A program made the position numbers and the translations under genes. Shown here piece by piece: positions 1-11,211 of a stretch of DNA of 64,000 nucleotides. Numbering within the stretch: position 1 is the stretch's first letter; each line of letters opens with the position of its first letter. Under the pieces are notes generated by a model. The model was not told the DNA's origin, did no database searches, and was given only the letters and a program-made list of their open reading frames with translations. The stretch covers positions 125,913-189,912 of the forward strand of contig NW_018405598.1 of the NCBI RefSeq assembly GCF_002113885.1. The letters run 5' to 3'. This stretch comes from Mizuhopecten yessoensis (taxonomy: Eukaryota).

Positions 1-437
1 CAGAGGTACTACAGTGATTTTCTTTACGTGGAAAGAAAGATCATCAGGGGCTTTATTTAAATTGAAAATATCAGGACCCCGAGCTATCCGTTCTCCCTTG
101 GGGAGGGGTTAACGTTTAATATAGTTTATATAGGGAAAGTATATATTTTATCCATTTTCAGCAGAAAATTGCTCAAACTTAGTCAGAATCATCTTGGGTA
201 AATGAGAGTTTTACTTTGTAAAATTAGGATTCCTGTCCCATCCCCAGGGGCTAGGGCGGGGCCCCAAAGGGAACATTTACCAATATTTTCAAATTCTTAT
301 CCATTGATGACATGACAAGTATTGTATTTCACTTATTTTACATGCTGATTTCCACATCACATCTAAACAATAAAATAAAGCTACCAGTACCTATGATATA
401 ACTCAGGTGACCGCTAAGGCCCTTGGGCCTCTTGTTT
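1..437 (+). mobile_element. 3' part of a Helentron/DINE-1-like non-autonomous element (HINE)
   Basis: Ends in CAGGTGACCGCTAAGGCCCTTGGGCCTCTTGTTT (short GC hairpin followed by a T-rich end), after degenerate satellite-like core units. This resembles mollusc HINE 3' ends from memory; no database check. Confidence 0.5.
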
Positions 438-644
438 AGTTTAAGCCCAAAAATTAGTTGGATCTGGTTTTCTCACTCTTCTAAATGGATCTGGTTATTC
501 ATCAAAATCAGTGGACTCTGGTTATAAGCCTACAGCTTTCGAATAATGTTTGGGGTTTTTTTCCACAGAGGATAAAGTGCTGATATTTGGGAATGACAGG
601 ACATTTGAAAAGAAAATGAAAAAACTCCACCTTAATGACCAAGT

Positions 645-844
645 GACTTTGATGCCCTGGACCAGAGAGGTGGAGAAATCGCTACGACGACTAGTGACCA
701 GACCACGAGGGGCTGTAATTAAATAACGAACCATGTGTTATTTACGACTTTGATGCCCTGGACCAGCGAGGTGGAGAAATCGCTAGGACGACTAGTGACC
801 CGACCACGGAGGGGCTGTAATTAAATCACGAACCATGTGTTATT
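645..844. repeat. Two-copy direct tandem duplication (~101 bp unit)
   Basis: GACTTTGATGCCCTGGACCAG...AACCATGTGTTATT occurs at 645 and 746 with few mismatches. Confidence 0.9.
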
Positions 845-1186
845 GACATTTTTATCCTGGAAGTCAAAATAAACGTTGTACAAATTGTGTTTAAGATAAT
901 TTCATTCCAGCTGCCAAACAAATGTCGACTGTATTATGTTAGAGGTATTCCTACATTGTAACTTTGTAGCTAATTGAAGTGTCCTGAACACCCCTTAAGC
1001 TTACCACTTAGATTTGAAGTGTTACAAGGTAATCCTTCAGCCACACTGGATTAATCCAGATGTAAGAGTGACCTTTAGGATCCTTTTAACTAGCTGAATA
1101 ACTTTTATCTGACAACTCAAATTTCAATAATCTGGAAAAGGTGGTAATTTGTGAACCAGATTGTGGAGACATAACTGTGTCTGTAG

Positions 1187-1287
1187 GTGAACCAGATTGC
1201 GGAGATATCACTGCTTCTGTTGGGGCCCAGCAGTTTTTGTCCTCGGCTGGCTTGGAGGGACGGAAACTGTTCACTTGGCCATTCTAG
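1187..1287 (+). CDS. Probable terminal coding exon of an unidentified gene starting upstream of the window
   Basis: Acceptor TGTGTCTGTAG at 1186. Phase-1 reading (G)EPDCGDITASVGAQQFLSSAGLEGRKLFTWPF-TAG in a GC-richer patch, followed by ~0.9 kb AT-rich UTR-like sequence with AATAAA at 2151. Protein family not recognised. Confidence 0.5.
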
Positions 1288-2480
1288 TAGATCATTGTGC
1301 ACATTATTTAAATTATATTTTCAATATGTGAAATAATTTCATTTAAATAGTTAATATATGTTATTCATAGTTTTGATTTGACCATCTTGCTTTTTATGCA
1401 CACTGAAAAGTTGTTTTCATGATAATATTCGTCATTTTTGATGAAATTTAAATGGCATACTCTGGTGGTCTGTAGAAATTATTATTTCATTTTGTCATTT
1501 CTAGATTTGGATTGAGAGACAGTGTTTTATTGAATTATTGGTTCCTTGCTTTTTGATACAAATGTACATAAAGTTGTAGTTTTTTGATGAAATAGTATCC
1601 TCTTTGTCATCGTTTCTAGAATAGAATCTATAACTCTACTTTTTATATACCTTATACATTTTATACTGATATTTACATTTCTATTTACTTTCTGTATTTA
1701 ACTGTTTTATAAAATTTTAATAATTTGAACGCTTTTAACCGACTTCCTGATCATTTTTAGCTCTGAAGTCTGAGAGTTCAAGCTTTAATTCTTATATTTG
1801 TGAAATCCTGTTTTATTTTCTTGTTTTAGAAATCCTATTTTATATCTGCTATTTAAATATGTCTCAGTATTTAGTCTCATATTTTCAGTATAAAAACACA
1901 CTAATTGTCATTTTGATATTTTTCTACCTCACATCATAAATTCATCATTAGTTTGGCTGCATAATCATGTCTTCACCAGCTATTGGATATGTTTATGTGT
2001 GTTGGAAGTCAATGTAAAAAGTTTAAAAAATCAGTTTTATACTCTGTGCCTTTTATATACCAGTACATGTACCCGCACACAGACTTTTTGACTCTTCAGA
2101 ATTCTTTGTGCGTCTTGCATAATTACATATATGTATCTTTTCAATGCGTTAATAAAAAAGTTATTCAATTAAATTATTTTCTTTTGTTATTCAGTGCTTT
2201 CACTAGAAGCCCACTTTTTCCTGTGTTTGATAATGATGAATTTGGAATAAGCTACTGGATACTGGGAAACTTTCACCTAGTTAAATATTTGCCCCTCTCT
2301 GTGAAAATCTGTTTTCGTCCAGTATGAATTTTGCCCTGCACTTATACGTACTATATACTGTTTATTGTGCTCTACTATTCGCTGTCATGTAAGTTCACCC
2401 TTATTGAGGAGGATGAAAACAGCGAAAGTTAAACTGTGGCGAATATTTCCAAGTATACAGTACTATCCATGTATCTGCTT

Positions 2481-2886
2481 TAGCTCACCTGACACATAGC
2501 TCACCTCACACATAGCTCACCTCACACATAGCCTACCTGACCCATAGCTCACCTCACACATAGTTCACCTCACACATAGCTCACCTCACATATAGCCTAC
2601 CTGACCCATAGCTCACCTCACACATAGCTCACCTGATGCATACCTCACCTAACACATAGCTCACCTTACACATAGCTCACCTCACACATAGCTCACTGAC
2701 ACATAATTCACCTAACACATAGCTCATCTCACTCATACCTCACTGACACATAGCTAACCTAACACATAGCTCACCAGACACATAGCTCACCTGACACATA
2801 GCTCACCAGACACATAGCTCACCTAACACATAGCTCACCTGACACATACAATTTGTAGCTCACCAGACACGGCTCACCTGACACAT
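2481..2886. repeat. 16-bp minisatellite (TAGCTCACCTGACACA)n, ~25 copies
   Basis: Period 16 is directly visible (units at 2481, 2497, 2513...). Confidence 0.95.
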
Positions 2887-3989
2887 ATATGATATTTGGA
2901 CTGTGGCTAGGGTGAAGTGCAACTTTATACAAACAAATTACCTTGACCCTCTTGAAATCTCAATGGACAAATACGTTGAAATCGTAAAGTATTGAAGATT
3001 ATTTAGGCCCAGAGAAATGATATTTGGCGTTCGTTTTTTATAAAGATCTATAATAACAAGAGTAATGATATTCGATCTGTGTGTTGGGATGATTCACTAT
3101 CAGTTTTGTTAAAATAAATTGCCTTGAAACCTTTTCAAGGTGACAGGTGTCAAACAGATCAATTGTCTGGGAAGAATGGACGTCAAGGTTACAGGGGGTT
3201 GATATGTTAAGGTCTGCAAATGTCTTCAAAAGGTTAATAGGGCCTAATTTATCAATTCCCTATTGCTTGCTGGCTGGGAAAGATTTGTGTTGATGAATAT
3301 ATGTAAGTTTCTCAGAGCAAGTATACTTATGAGAGTCAGTAAATTGGACCAAAAAAACTGCCAATAATCAATACCAGAGGTTTTCTCAAAAGTCATTACC
3401 TTATTCCCAGTGATCATTTTCAGCTGAATGTTTCCAGAATTTCACAAAAAAAAGACAGAAACAACATTCCAGAGAGATGTTTTTTTATTGATACAAGATG
3501 GATGACTTAGTTATTATGCACACACAACATTCATCATAACAGTTTCACAAAAGGTAATACTTGTATTTTAGATGTATGTCTTCAGATTCATAATGCATTT
3601 GTGTACATGTTACATTCCTGACGGTCAGATAGAGGTTGCAGTAAGTCACTGATCCTGAACAGATGTAAACTTCGGACATGTCCATCCATCCAGATGGGTA
3701 GAGGGAACTCCCCGGAGAAGAATGAGCATGTCACAGTCTTTAAGATGAACGTAACACACACAAGGGTGATTCCACTTTTAAAATTTGGTGATAAGAGTTT
3801 GCAAAAAGTGAATTACACTGCATCATACAGCTGTTTTGTCCGTCTACGACTCATTGGTGATGGTAGGGGGGAAATCCAAATGGGTCAAACTACTGTTGAA
3901 ACAGAAGGGGAGGTAAATAAAACCTTTTAATTTATAAATATCAAAATTTAGAGGTGTACTGTTTGATTTCAGATTAAATAATTGGTATA

Positions 3990-6400
3990 GTATGTACATT
4001 AGGAACCATGTCACTACTCAAAAGCGATAACTGTGGCCATCTATATGGGACAGAGGGCAAGTTAGGGATAATTCTTGCTACCTTTACTATGCTAGGTGGG
4101 AAAAGGGTAGGTGTAACCACTTCTAGATGCCACCTTACTCTACATAGCATACCAGATACCCGGCCCGGCAAAGAAGCAGTTAAGCATGCTCATGGTTCTG
4201 TTCTGCAGTGACGTATCAGAGGACAGCTTAAAGACATACGCGTACAAGGAGCTAAAGACAGAACAGCAAAGGCAGTCACTGACTATAAATCCCAATTTGA
4301 TATTTATTGATCAGCTAGAAGTGAAGGTCAAGAAGCTTAGTGACAACCCCAGAGGACATCATTATACCCGTATAGATCACCAAACCCCATGAAGTCAACT
4401 CCGGTTGAGTTAATGAGGACCACAACTGAGGTCAGCATCAAAGTGAGAGGACAGTGGATGATGACACTACTTCATACTTGTACCGACCCAAAGGTGTCAT
4501 CTTAAATAGGAGCTTTCACAAGTCCTACCTCAGTGTAATATATCTTTATACATATCGGGTGTGCCGACAGGCATCATCGACCAAATAACGGTCTTGTAGT
4601 GAACGAGATCGATGATACACAGAGATTGGTGACGAGTATCCTGCTAGGAATCCCAGACAGTAACTACAACAGTTATAGTCGAGTTCTGATAGGAAACAAC
4701 ATCCTCAACATCTTGATGAGTAGAGTGAGGGACACGGAGGAAGCTATGTTTCTTTATGACATAAATGTCTGGGACAGGGGGATATTCAAATTTCCCTTAT
4801 TTCATAAAGGACTGTAACAAGGAACTGACATAATAGCTAACAGCTTGGACCAAATCACTTTATGTAAAGATCATCTCGTAATGGACCCGGTGAAGAAAGG
4901 CTAGGGCATGCTAAGGAGAACAAAGTACCGGATCGACATGACAGGCGACAACATCCCATTCAAACAGAGAGATCGTCGAAAACTTCGTTATGTTTGAAGA
5001 TGCACGAAACCACCTTCAGACTACTGGATATTAGATTAATGCAATGTTCCCGCTCAGTGTATGGTCGTAAATGCGTCTAGAGAGGAACGCAAGTAAACTA
5101 GAGGGAAACTAAAGATACGCATGTCCTTCCAATGGTTAAGAGCTATTGTTGACGTTTTGGGAAGGAATGCGTTGTTCAGCACGGTCATAATAGGTACCAC
5201 CAGGTGGATTTAGAAGAAGACGTCATTAACGATAAGGATTTTTAAGAAAATAAAGTTGCCCTTTGGATTTGCAACTACTCAGCGGCGTACCAACGTCTGA
5301 TGGAACATAGTATGCGGGATATACACCTACGAGGAACATATGCTTAGGTTTAACGCGGCATTTAAGCGTCTTGGGCTAGATGGTCTGAAGATTTTCTCTT
5401 ATAGAGGAAGAAAGTATGTCAATCACGTTTTGTCGGAGAACGTAGTGGAAGCCGAACTGAAGAAGCTGAAAAAAGTCATCTTTGCCTGCAACAGCCTCAC
5501 CAAAACAAGTTTCATCGCTTTGTGGCTTATAGTCGACGGTTTATCAAGAACTTTGCTGAGATACCAAAATCCAGATAAAAGGTAAGAGCAAGAAGACCTT
5601 TGCCAGGAACAGCATAACCGGAAACGAGTCGTCGCCTGTGCGAGCCAATCATTGAGAGACGATCTTCTGCCTACAAACAGTAATTTCTTTTCCGTAAGTC
5701 TGTGAGAGATTCCACGCTTACTGACCAGGATCCGCGTTCTTTGTTTTGACCAACAATAACCCGCTAGTATTAACCTCGGCCAATTTGGATGCTAGATTCT
5801 GGATATGGGTGGCAGCCTGATTGGAATGTTATTTTTCCATCGCGAAATCAGGCTCCAGTAACGAAGATGAGGATGGAATGGTGTTGTAGCATATTTGTAA
5901 TGATGCAATATTATCACACACACCGATACTGTGTCCGTATTGTTTTAAAGGTTATCGGATACGAAGCCTACGTAATGATCACAGACACGTTATACATTAA
6001 TTGATACTTAGGGTACATATGTACATAAGAGAAGCTTGGAAACCTATAAAACAGAATCTCTCCATTGATTCTTAAAAATCGGCAGCTTTGACCGGTGATA
6101 CTCCCTCTTCAGAAACGATTATATAAAGAGGACCGCCAGCTAGGCCAAAACGAAGGCAGAAGCCCAACAACACCGTTAGAGGAAGCAATCCCTTTCAGGA
6201 TGAAAGCGAGGAAGAGGTAATAGTAGCAGGGACTCCTATTCTCCATCCCGGAGTAGCTCTGAGGATGCCCCCATCGGACACTGGCGAATTAGTTTTTGTA
6301 GGACATCTATAGGTTTGTCGGATTTCGACTATCTAATGATCTGTTCAATGGTGACAGGAAAAGGCCTGATACAGCCTTAATTACCTCAGATAACACTGAG
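3990..6400 (+). mobile_element. Heavily degenerated Ty3/Gypsy LTR-retrotransposon pol remnant
   Basis: Frameshifted fragments in Gypsy domain order. Protease C-terminal-like ILLGIPDSNYNSYSRVLIGNNIL (~4640-4710). RT-like YHQVDLEED (~5195), LPFGF..AAYQRLME (~5255-5305) and AAFKRLGLDGLK/YVNHVLSENVVEA. FVAYSRRFIKNFAEI (~5520). RNaseH-like TNNNPLV.TSANLDA (~5750). Boundaries approximate; no LTRs seen. Confidence 0.7.
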
Positions 6401-7150
6401 ATAAACTAGGGAGTATGTTGATCAGTTTCAGTTCAGTTTCTTTATTCCCGAGCGCCACCCGACTCATAGCTTAATGTCAAACATGCATTTACATCATGTA
6501 GTACATGATACTGTTTGGTAGTCGTGTTAGAATGAAACCTTATCTCAGTCATCACAGCTTTGAATGTCACCAATCCTTAGTTATAAGATGACTTAGAGTC
6601 CACGAACTGGCCTTGTAACATGTATTTACCGGTAACATGTGTGTTCACCTGCTTTCACACTAACCAACGAGCTTTGTGTATACTGTAATTCTTTTCAGAT
6701 TTATGATAATTTATCGGTAACTTAATTGTTGCCTGGCTAGTTATCTAGTATACTAATTATAATTCAGGTCTGCTTTTGCATAAACTTTCCGAACCTGCGT
6801 TAAGATTTACTTTCCGAACCTGCGTTAAGATGTACATGTCCATAAGACTTCGTCCTGAACATATTGCACGCAACAATTGACGGAACTGTTTAATCAAACG
6901 GTTCAATAATATGTACATGGCTGACCTGTATTGGTATCCATACACACTATTTGGACCTGTAGAGGGTTTGACCTGTTCGTGTCACAGATACTCTTGGTAT
7001 TCTATACACATGGCTTCGTGCGGCTTGGGATAAGCAACCATCGTGTTTGAAATGTGTGAAGTATGAGAAGAGTACCACTTTCTAACGTTGCGTACATAAT
7101 CAGTAGAAATAGAGGTCCCTGGTCATATATGGCAGACTGGAATATGTAAG

Positions 7151-7846
7151 ATGGCGGATTGTAGCATAGTCTGTACGGAAGCCCGCCTGGATCGTTTCAA
7201 AGATATGTGGGCTAAAGGTGATACGAAGTGGCACACACGAGGAGTTAACCCATTACTTATGAAACATCAGAATACCTTATTTCCTGTCAACAAACCGATG
7301 AAAGTGTTCGTGCCTTTGTGTGGAAAAGATGACTCGGTGAAATGGTTGGCTGAACAAGGTCATACAGTGGTGGGTCTCGATTATTCTGATATCGCATGCA
7401 GGCATTTCTTTATAGACAACCAATTGGAATATGTTAGAGAGGAAATCCAGAATCCTCATACAAAGGGTGATGTTTACACAGTAATTTCTGATACGTTGAA
7501 TATAACTGTTTATTGCTGCGACTATTTCCAATTTAAACCGGAAGTGCAAAAGGAGTTTGATGCCGTTTGGGACAGAGGTGCATTAAACGCTATGGATTCA
7601 GTAAACGTGAGAAAATACGCTTCCGTGATGATACCGCTGATGAAAGCTAACTGTATCAACTTCACAGAAATCGTTCACGGATTCCCAGAAACTCTTTCTA
7701 TTGAGATCATTCGGGCAGCTTTTGGTGAAGAATACAACGTGCAAAGCATTGATAAAGTCGGACCACACAGTGAACACTATAGGAAAGTTGGGGCCACGGC
7801 TTTTGAATTATTGCGTATAAAAAGAAAACATTTGACAACAGAGTGA
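7151..7846 (+). CDS. TPMT: Thiopurine S-methyltransferase-like SAM-dependent methyltransferase, single coding exon, 231 aa
   Basis: Intact ATG-TGA ORF with TPMT-family motifs: W..GDTKWH...VNPLL, KVFVPLCGK (SAM-binding motif I), WLAEQGHTVVGLD, YCCDYF and FDAVWDRGAL. Confidence 0.9.
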   Translation: MADCSIVCTEARLDRFKDMWAKGDTKWHTRGVNPLLMKHQNTLFPVNKPMKVFVPLCGKDDSVKWLAEQGHTVVGLDYSDIACRHFFIDNQLEYVREEIQNPHTKGDVYTVISDTLNITVYCCDYFQFKPEVQKEFDAVWDRGALNAMDSVNVRKYASVMIPLMKANCINFTEIVHGFPETLSIEIIRAAFGEEYNVQSIDKVGPHSEHYRKVGATAFELLRIKRKHLTTE

Positions 7847-8011
7847 ATTTCACCGTAATACGTGTTCTGAAATGTGAAGCCAACAGTACTAGTGTTTGAG
7901 ACTGGTTGAACACTCGTGTTATAGCATAAATTTGCAGAGGCCGACTGGTCTTGCCATTACATACATCATTGTACCGTTTTGATTGGGATTGCTCTAGCAT
8001 TACCTAATATA

Positions 8012-8416
8012 TTTAACATTTGATTTCCTGATCAGGATACCCACGCTCGGGACCGTGTATGCTATAAGATGTATATATAAAGTAATTCGTCGGGGTTTTT
8101 TATGCCTCTTTTTGCATTCAAAAGTCATTATGACTTCTCTTTTGACCGTATTCATTGCTATATTTATTAATGTGATATAACGGATACAACTAACATTTGA
8201 TTACCTGATCAGGATGTCCCCGCATAGCACCGTGTATGTTATTTGATGTATATATTTAGTATTTCGTCGTTCATGTTACTTATTTTTATTTAAAAATCAT
8301 TATGACACATCGCTTGACCGATTCATTGCTGCTGACTTAACTAATGAGAAGATTCACAATGGATATGTTTAACATTTGATTTCCTGATAAGGATGTCCCC
8401 GCTCAGGACCGTGTAT
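8012..8416. repeat. ~177-bp tandem repeat, 2+ copies, downstream of TPMT
   Basis: TAACATTTGATT(T/A)CCTGAT(C/A)AGGAT...CCGTGTAT recurs at ~8014, ~8191 and ~8370. Confidence 0.8.
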
Positions 8417-8647
8417 TTTCGTTGTTAAATGATCAAAGGGAGGTAACTGCTATATTCCTACACCGCATTATGAGTTCTGCTACACGTTTTGTATTAAAAA
8501 CAATGACCATAATCACTTTGTCTTGATAATTTGATGCTGATATTTTCCCATGCTAAACATTAGCCACATATTGATACAAGTCATGGCAGACTTTTGCTAA
8601 AACAAGTGTATGAAAACGCCACAATGTGCAACGGTCCTGGTCAGCGA

Positions 8648-8772
8648 CACAGGTGCTCGGGTTCTGGAATATATGTGATATAATCGCACCCACTAGATAT
8701 CGCACCCGTATGATTTATTAGTATGAGGGGGTGCGATTATATCACATATATTCCAGAACCCGAGCACCTGTG
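8648..8772. mobile_element. 125-bp MITE with ~44-bp perfect TIRs and 8-bp TSD (P- or hAT-type)
   Basis: CACAGGTGCTCGGGTTCTGGAATATATGTGATATAATCGCACCC and its exact reverse complement, flanked by GTCAGCGA at 8640-8647 and 8773-8780. Confidence 0.9.
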
Positions 8773-10564
8773 GTCAGCGACGGTCCCCGTCAGCCCCGGT
8801 TCCAGTGAGGGCAGCTCAGCTGTTAGACACTGTTGAATGTACGTGTTTCTTCAAACCAACCTCATCGCACGGCACTACTGACGAGACGAACAATACAGTC
8901 AATAAAACCTTACAAAATAATGACTTTTTGTTTTGTTTTTGAGGTCGTATAAACCAAACTGACTGTGTGCACTTTGCATAAATCGCACGCAATATTTCAC
9001 GGCAATATTCGACCAATCAAAATTAGTCAGCAAGCAAGATTTATGTAATTTTACCTTGGCAACGAATGATTCTTATAATTCTCAAGGATTGTTTTGTGAA
9101 GATTGATCTCCCTTATAGCTGTCATGATTATGTGTTTTCGGGGCATCGTCACTGACTGCATTTTTATGAACCTTTAGTTTTATAATGTTCAGAACACTAT
9201 TCATAAAATATATAATAATATTTCATTGGTCTCTAAAGTGGAACTCTCTAGGGGAGGAGATAATGACGCAGTAATTCAAACAATGAATATCAGTCCCACA
9301 TGGCAAAATTAAAACACATATTATTGTTTCCTTCATCTAGAGCAGAAACAAATAGCCAACAGGTACCACAGATGACCGTAAAAAAGTGCTGGTTGTATAG
9401 AAATGGCAGGATAAGTGAGGGTATAGTGTGAGAAAGCGTTCGGGAATGTTAAAAAGAAAAGCCTAAGTAACTAATGAGCTTTAGTCGGTTACCTAGTTTG
9501 ATTTAAACATATTTTATAGAAAAGGGATAATATTTTCGAAAACTACTTCGGTAATGCAACTTCGAAAGTATTTTGTTTTGTCGCTGACATATTTTTGAGG
9601 TTGTAATAGATTTAACTGTGTAGTTGTTGTTGTATTTTTTATTCGCAAACAATGAGCACATTAAAGGTAAGGTTAAATCATTCCATTATCGGAGAGTGGG
9701 AGGTAAAATGACAAACAGTACTAGAAAGTCTGTAGTTTGGACTTTCGAAATCATCTCTATTTGTCATTTGGATTTTGACCAACCCTTCGTGGTAAAATCT
9801 GAGCGGTAAAAAAAAATCTTATGTTGAATTGCTTTTCATCGTAAAAAAAGTGTGACGAACTAAGTCACCTACTCACTCGGGTTCGACTGCCGCTATCGCT
9901 TGCAGATTCCATGGATCTTCAATGAAGAATGAAATAATAAAGATGAAGCAGAGATTGGTGACAGAAACAAACTTCGGCAGATATAGATTTACCCGTTTAT
10001 TGTACGTCTATAGTATCAAACTTAACAAAAAAAACGTGGCGGCAAGTGGATTTCCGAATTTACACCAAAATTCGGTAAAAAAAAAGGAGTAAAATTACCG
10101 TTACTATAATTTGTACGCACTGTACAGCCTAGCTAGATACATTGGAACGAATTCTAAAGGCTTCCCTGAGATAAAGATGACACGTGGTCGAGAACATACG
10201 GCTGCCTATGTCAAATAATGTGGAAAGAGTGAAAAAAATACCAATTTATATAACAAATATCGATAAAACTTCTGTGAATAGGCAAACGGTAAACTTGTTT
10301 GCAGGGAAAATAACTCAAATACGTATAGTTAATATTGCTCGCGTCACTATAACTATCCAATTAACGGGAAACATCATTATGTTACATAATGTCAGGTAGC
10401 AGAAATGTGTATTTTATGTTTTGGGTGTTTTGGGGTCTTTTTGGGTAAATCGTGCTGCCGGCTGTATCTCTAGTTTTCTTCTTTTACGTCTAGCAGAAAT
10501 AGTTATGATAAGGACCGCTCCACGTTTAGGCCTTTACCTCTGTAGCTGAACTAGCTGGGGCGAT

Positions 10565-10908
10565 CGTCGCCGACCGGGTGGCTCAGCTGGTGTCCGAGCG
10601 TTCGTCTGGAGTTCGGGGGTCCCAGGTTCGAATCACGGTCTGGCCGTGGATTTTCCCACTTTAGTTACAAAATTGGAGGACTTATACCAACCATTGTTTC
10701 AGGTACTGGGTGAATTCTTGGCAAGGGGATACCCTGATCTGGGTTGTAAATAGTTGTGTATTCGGTGGCGGGGTCTTAGTAAAAGAAGGGAGGAACGTCG
10801 TCGACCGAGTAGCTTAGAGGCTTATGATGGTGGAGCATCTGTCTAGAGCGTGGAGGGTCCCAGTTCGAATCACCGGTTGGCCGTGTATATTTTACCGCTC
10901 CTGTTACA
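10565..10908 (+). mobile_element. TRIM-like mini LTR element whose LTRs contain tRNA-like A/B boxes (Helenus-like), degenerate
   Basis: Two similar ~105-113 bp direct repeats (10565-10669, 10796-10908), each with an A-box (TGGCTCAGCTGG / TAGCTTAG) and B-box (GTTCGAATC) and ending GTTACA. PBS-like AATTGG follows the first copy; polypurine AAAAGAAGGGAGGAA directly precedes the second. Confidence 0.65.
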
Positions 10909-11122
10909 CAGCTATAAGTTATATGACTCAAATTAAACACAGTAGTAATATGAAAGTATAATATAAGTATATTTTGTATAATTTCTCGTGTTAGAAACTA
11001 CTCATGTGTAAGGCAGCCTATAAACAATCCCTGTAACGGTCCAGTCGAGAGAAATGTGATTTAATGAACGCAATTTGTTTTTTGCCGACAATCAACAACC
11101 TCGCGTTTATAAATTCTACATG

Positions 11123-11211
11123 CCTCCGCCCCGCCCCCTGAACAAATTGCGTTTCGTTTGTTCATGTAGAAATTATAACAACACCGGGAGTATAATCACG
11201 TGACACCTAAA
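11123..11211 (+). promoter_or_regulatory. Putative SNX1/2 proximal promoter / 5' region: GC boxes and CLEAR-like E-box
   Basis: CCTCCGCCCCGCCCC at ~11123-11137, ATCACGTGAC at 11195-11204, and YY1-like AAAATGGC overlapping the ATG. Confidence 0.45.

Noticed and set aside
7151-7846. Bacterial origin (HGT or contamination) of the intronless TPMT
   Set aside because: No operon context, composition similar to the other exons, and embedded in eukaryotic repeats. Nothing in the sequence supports it without a phylogeny.
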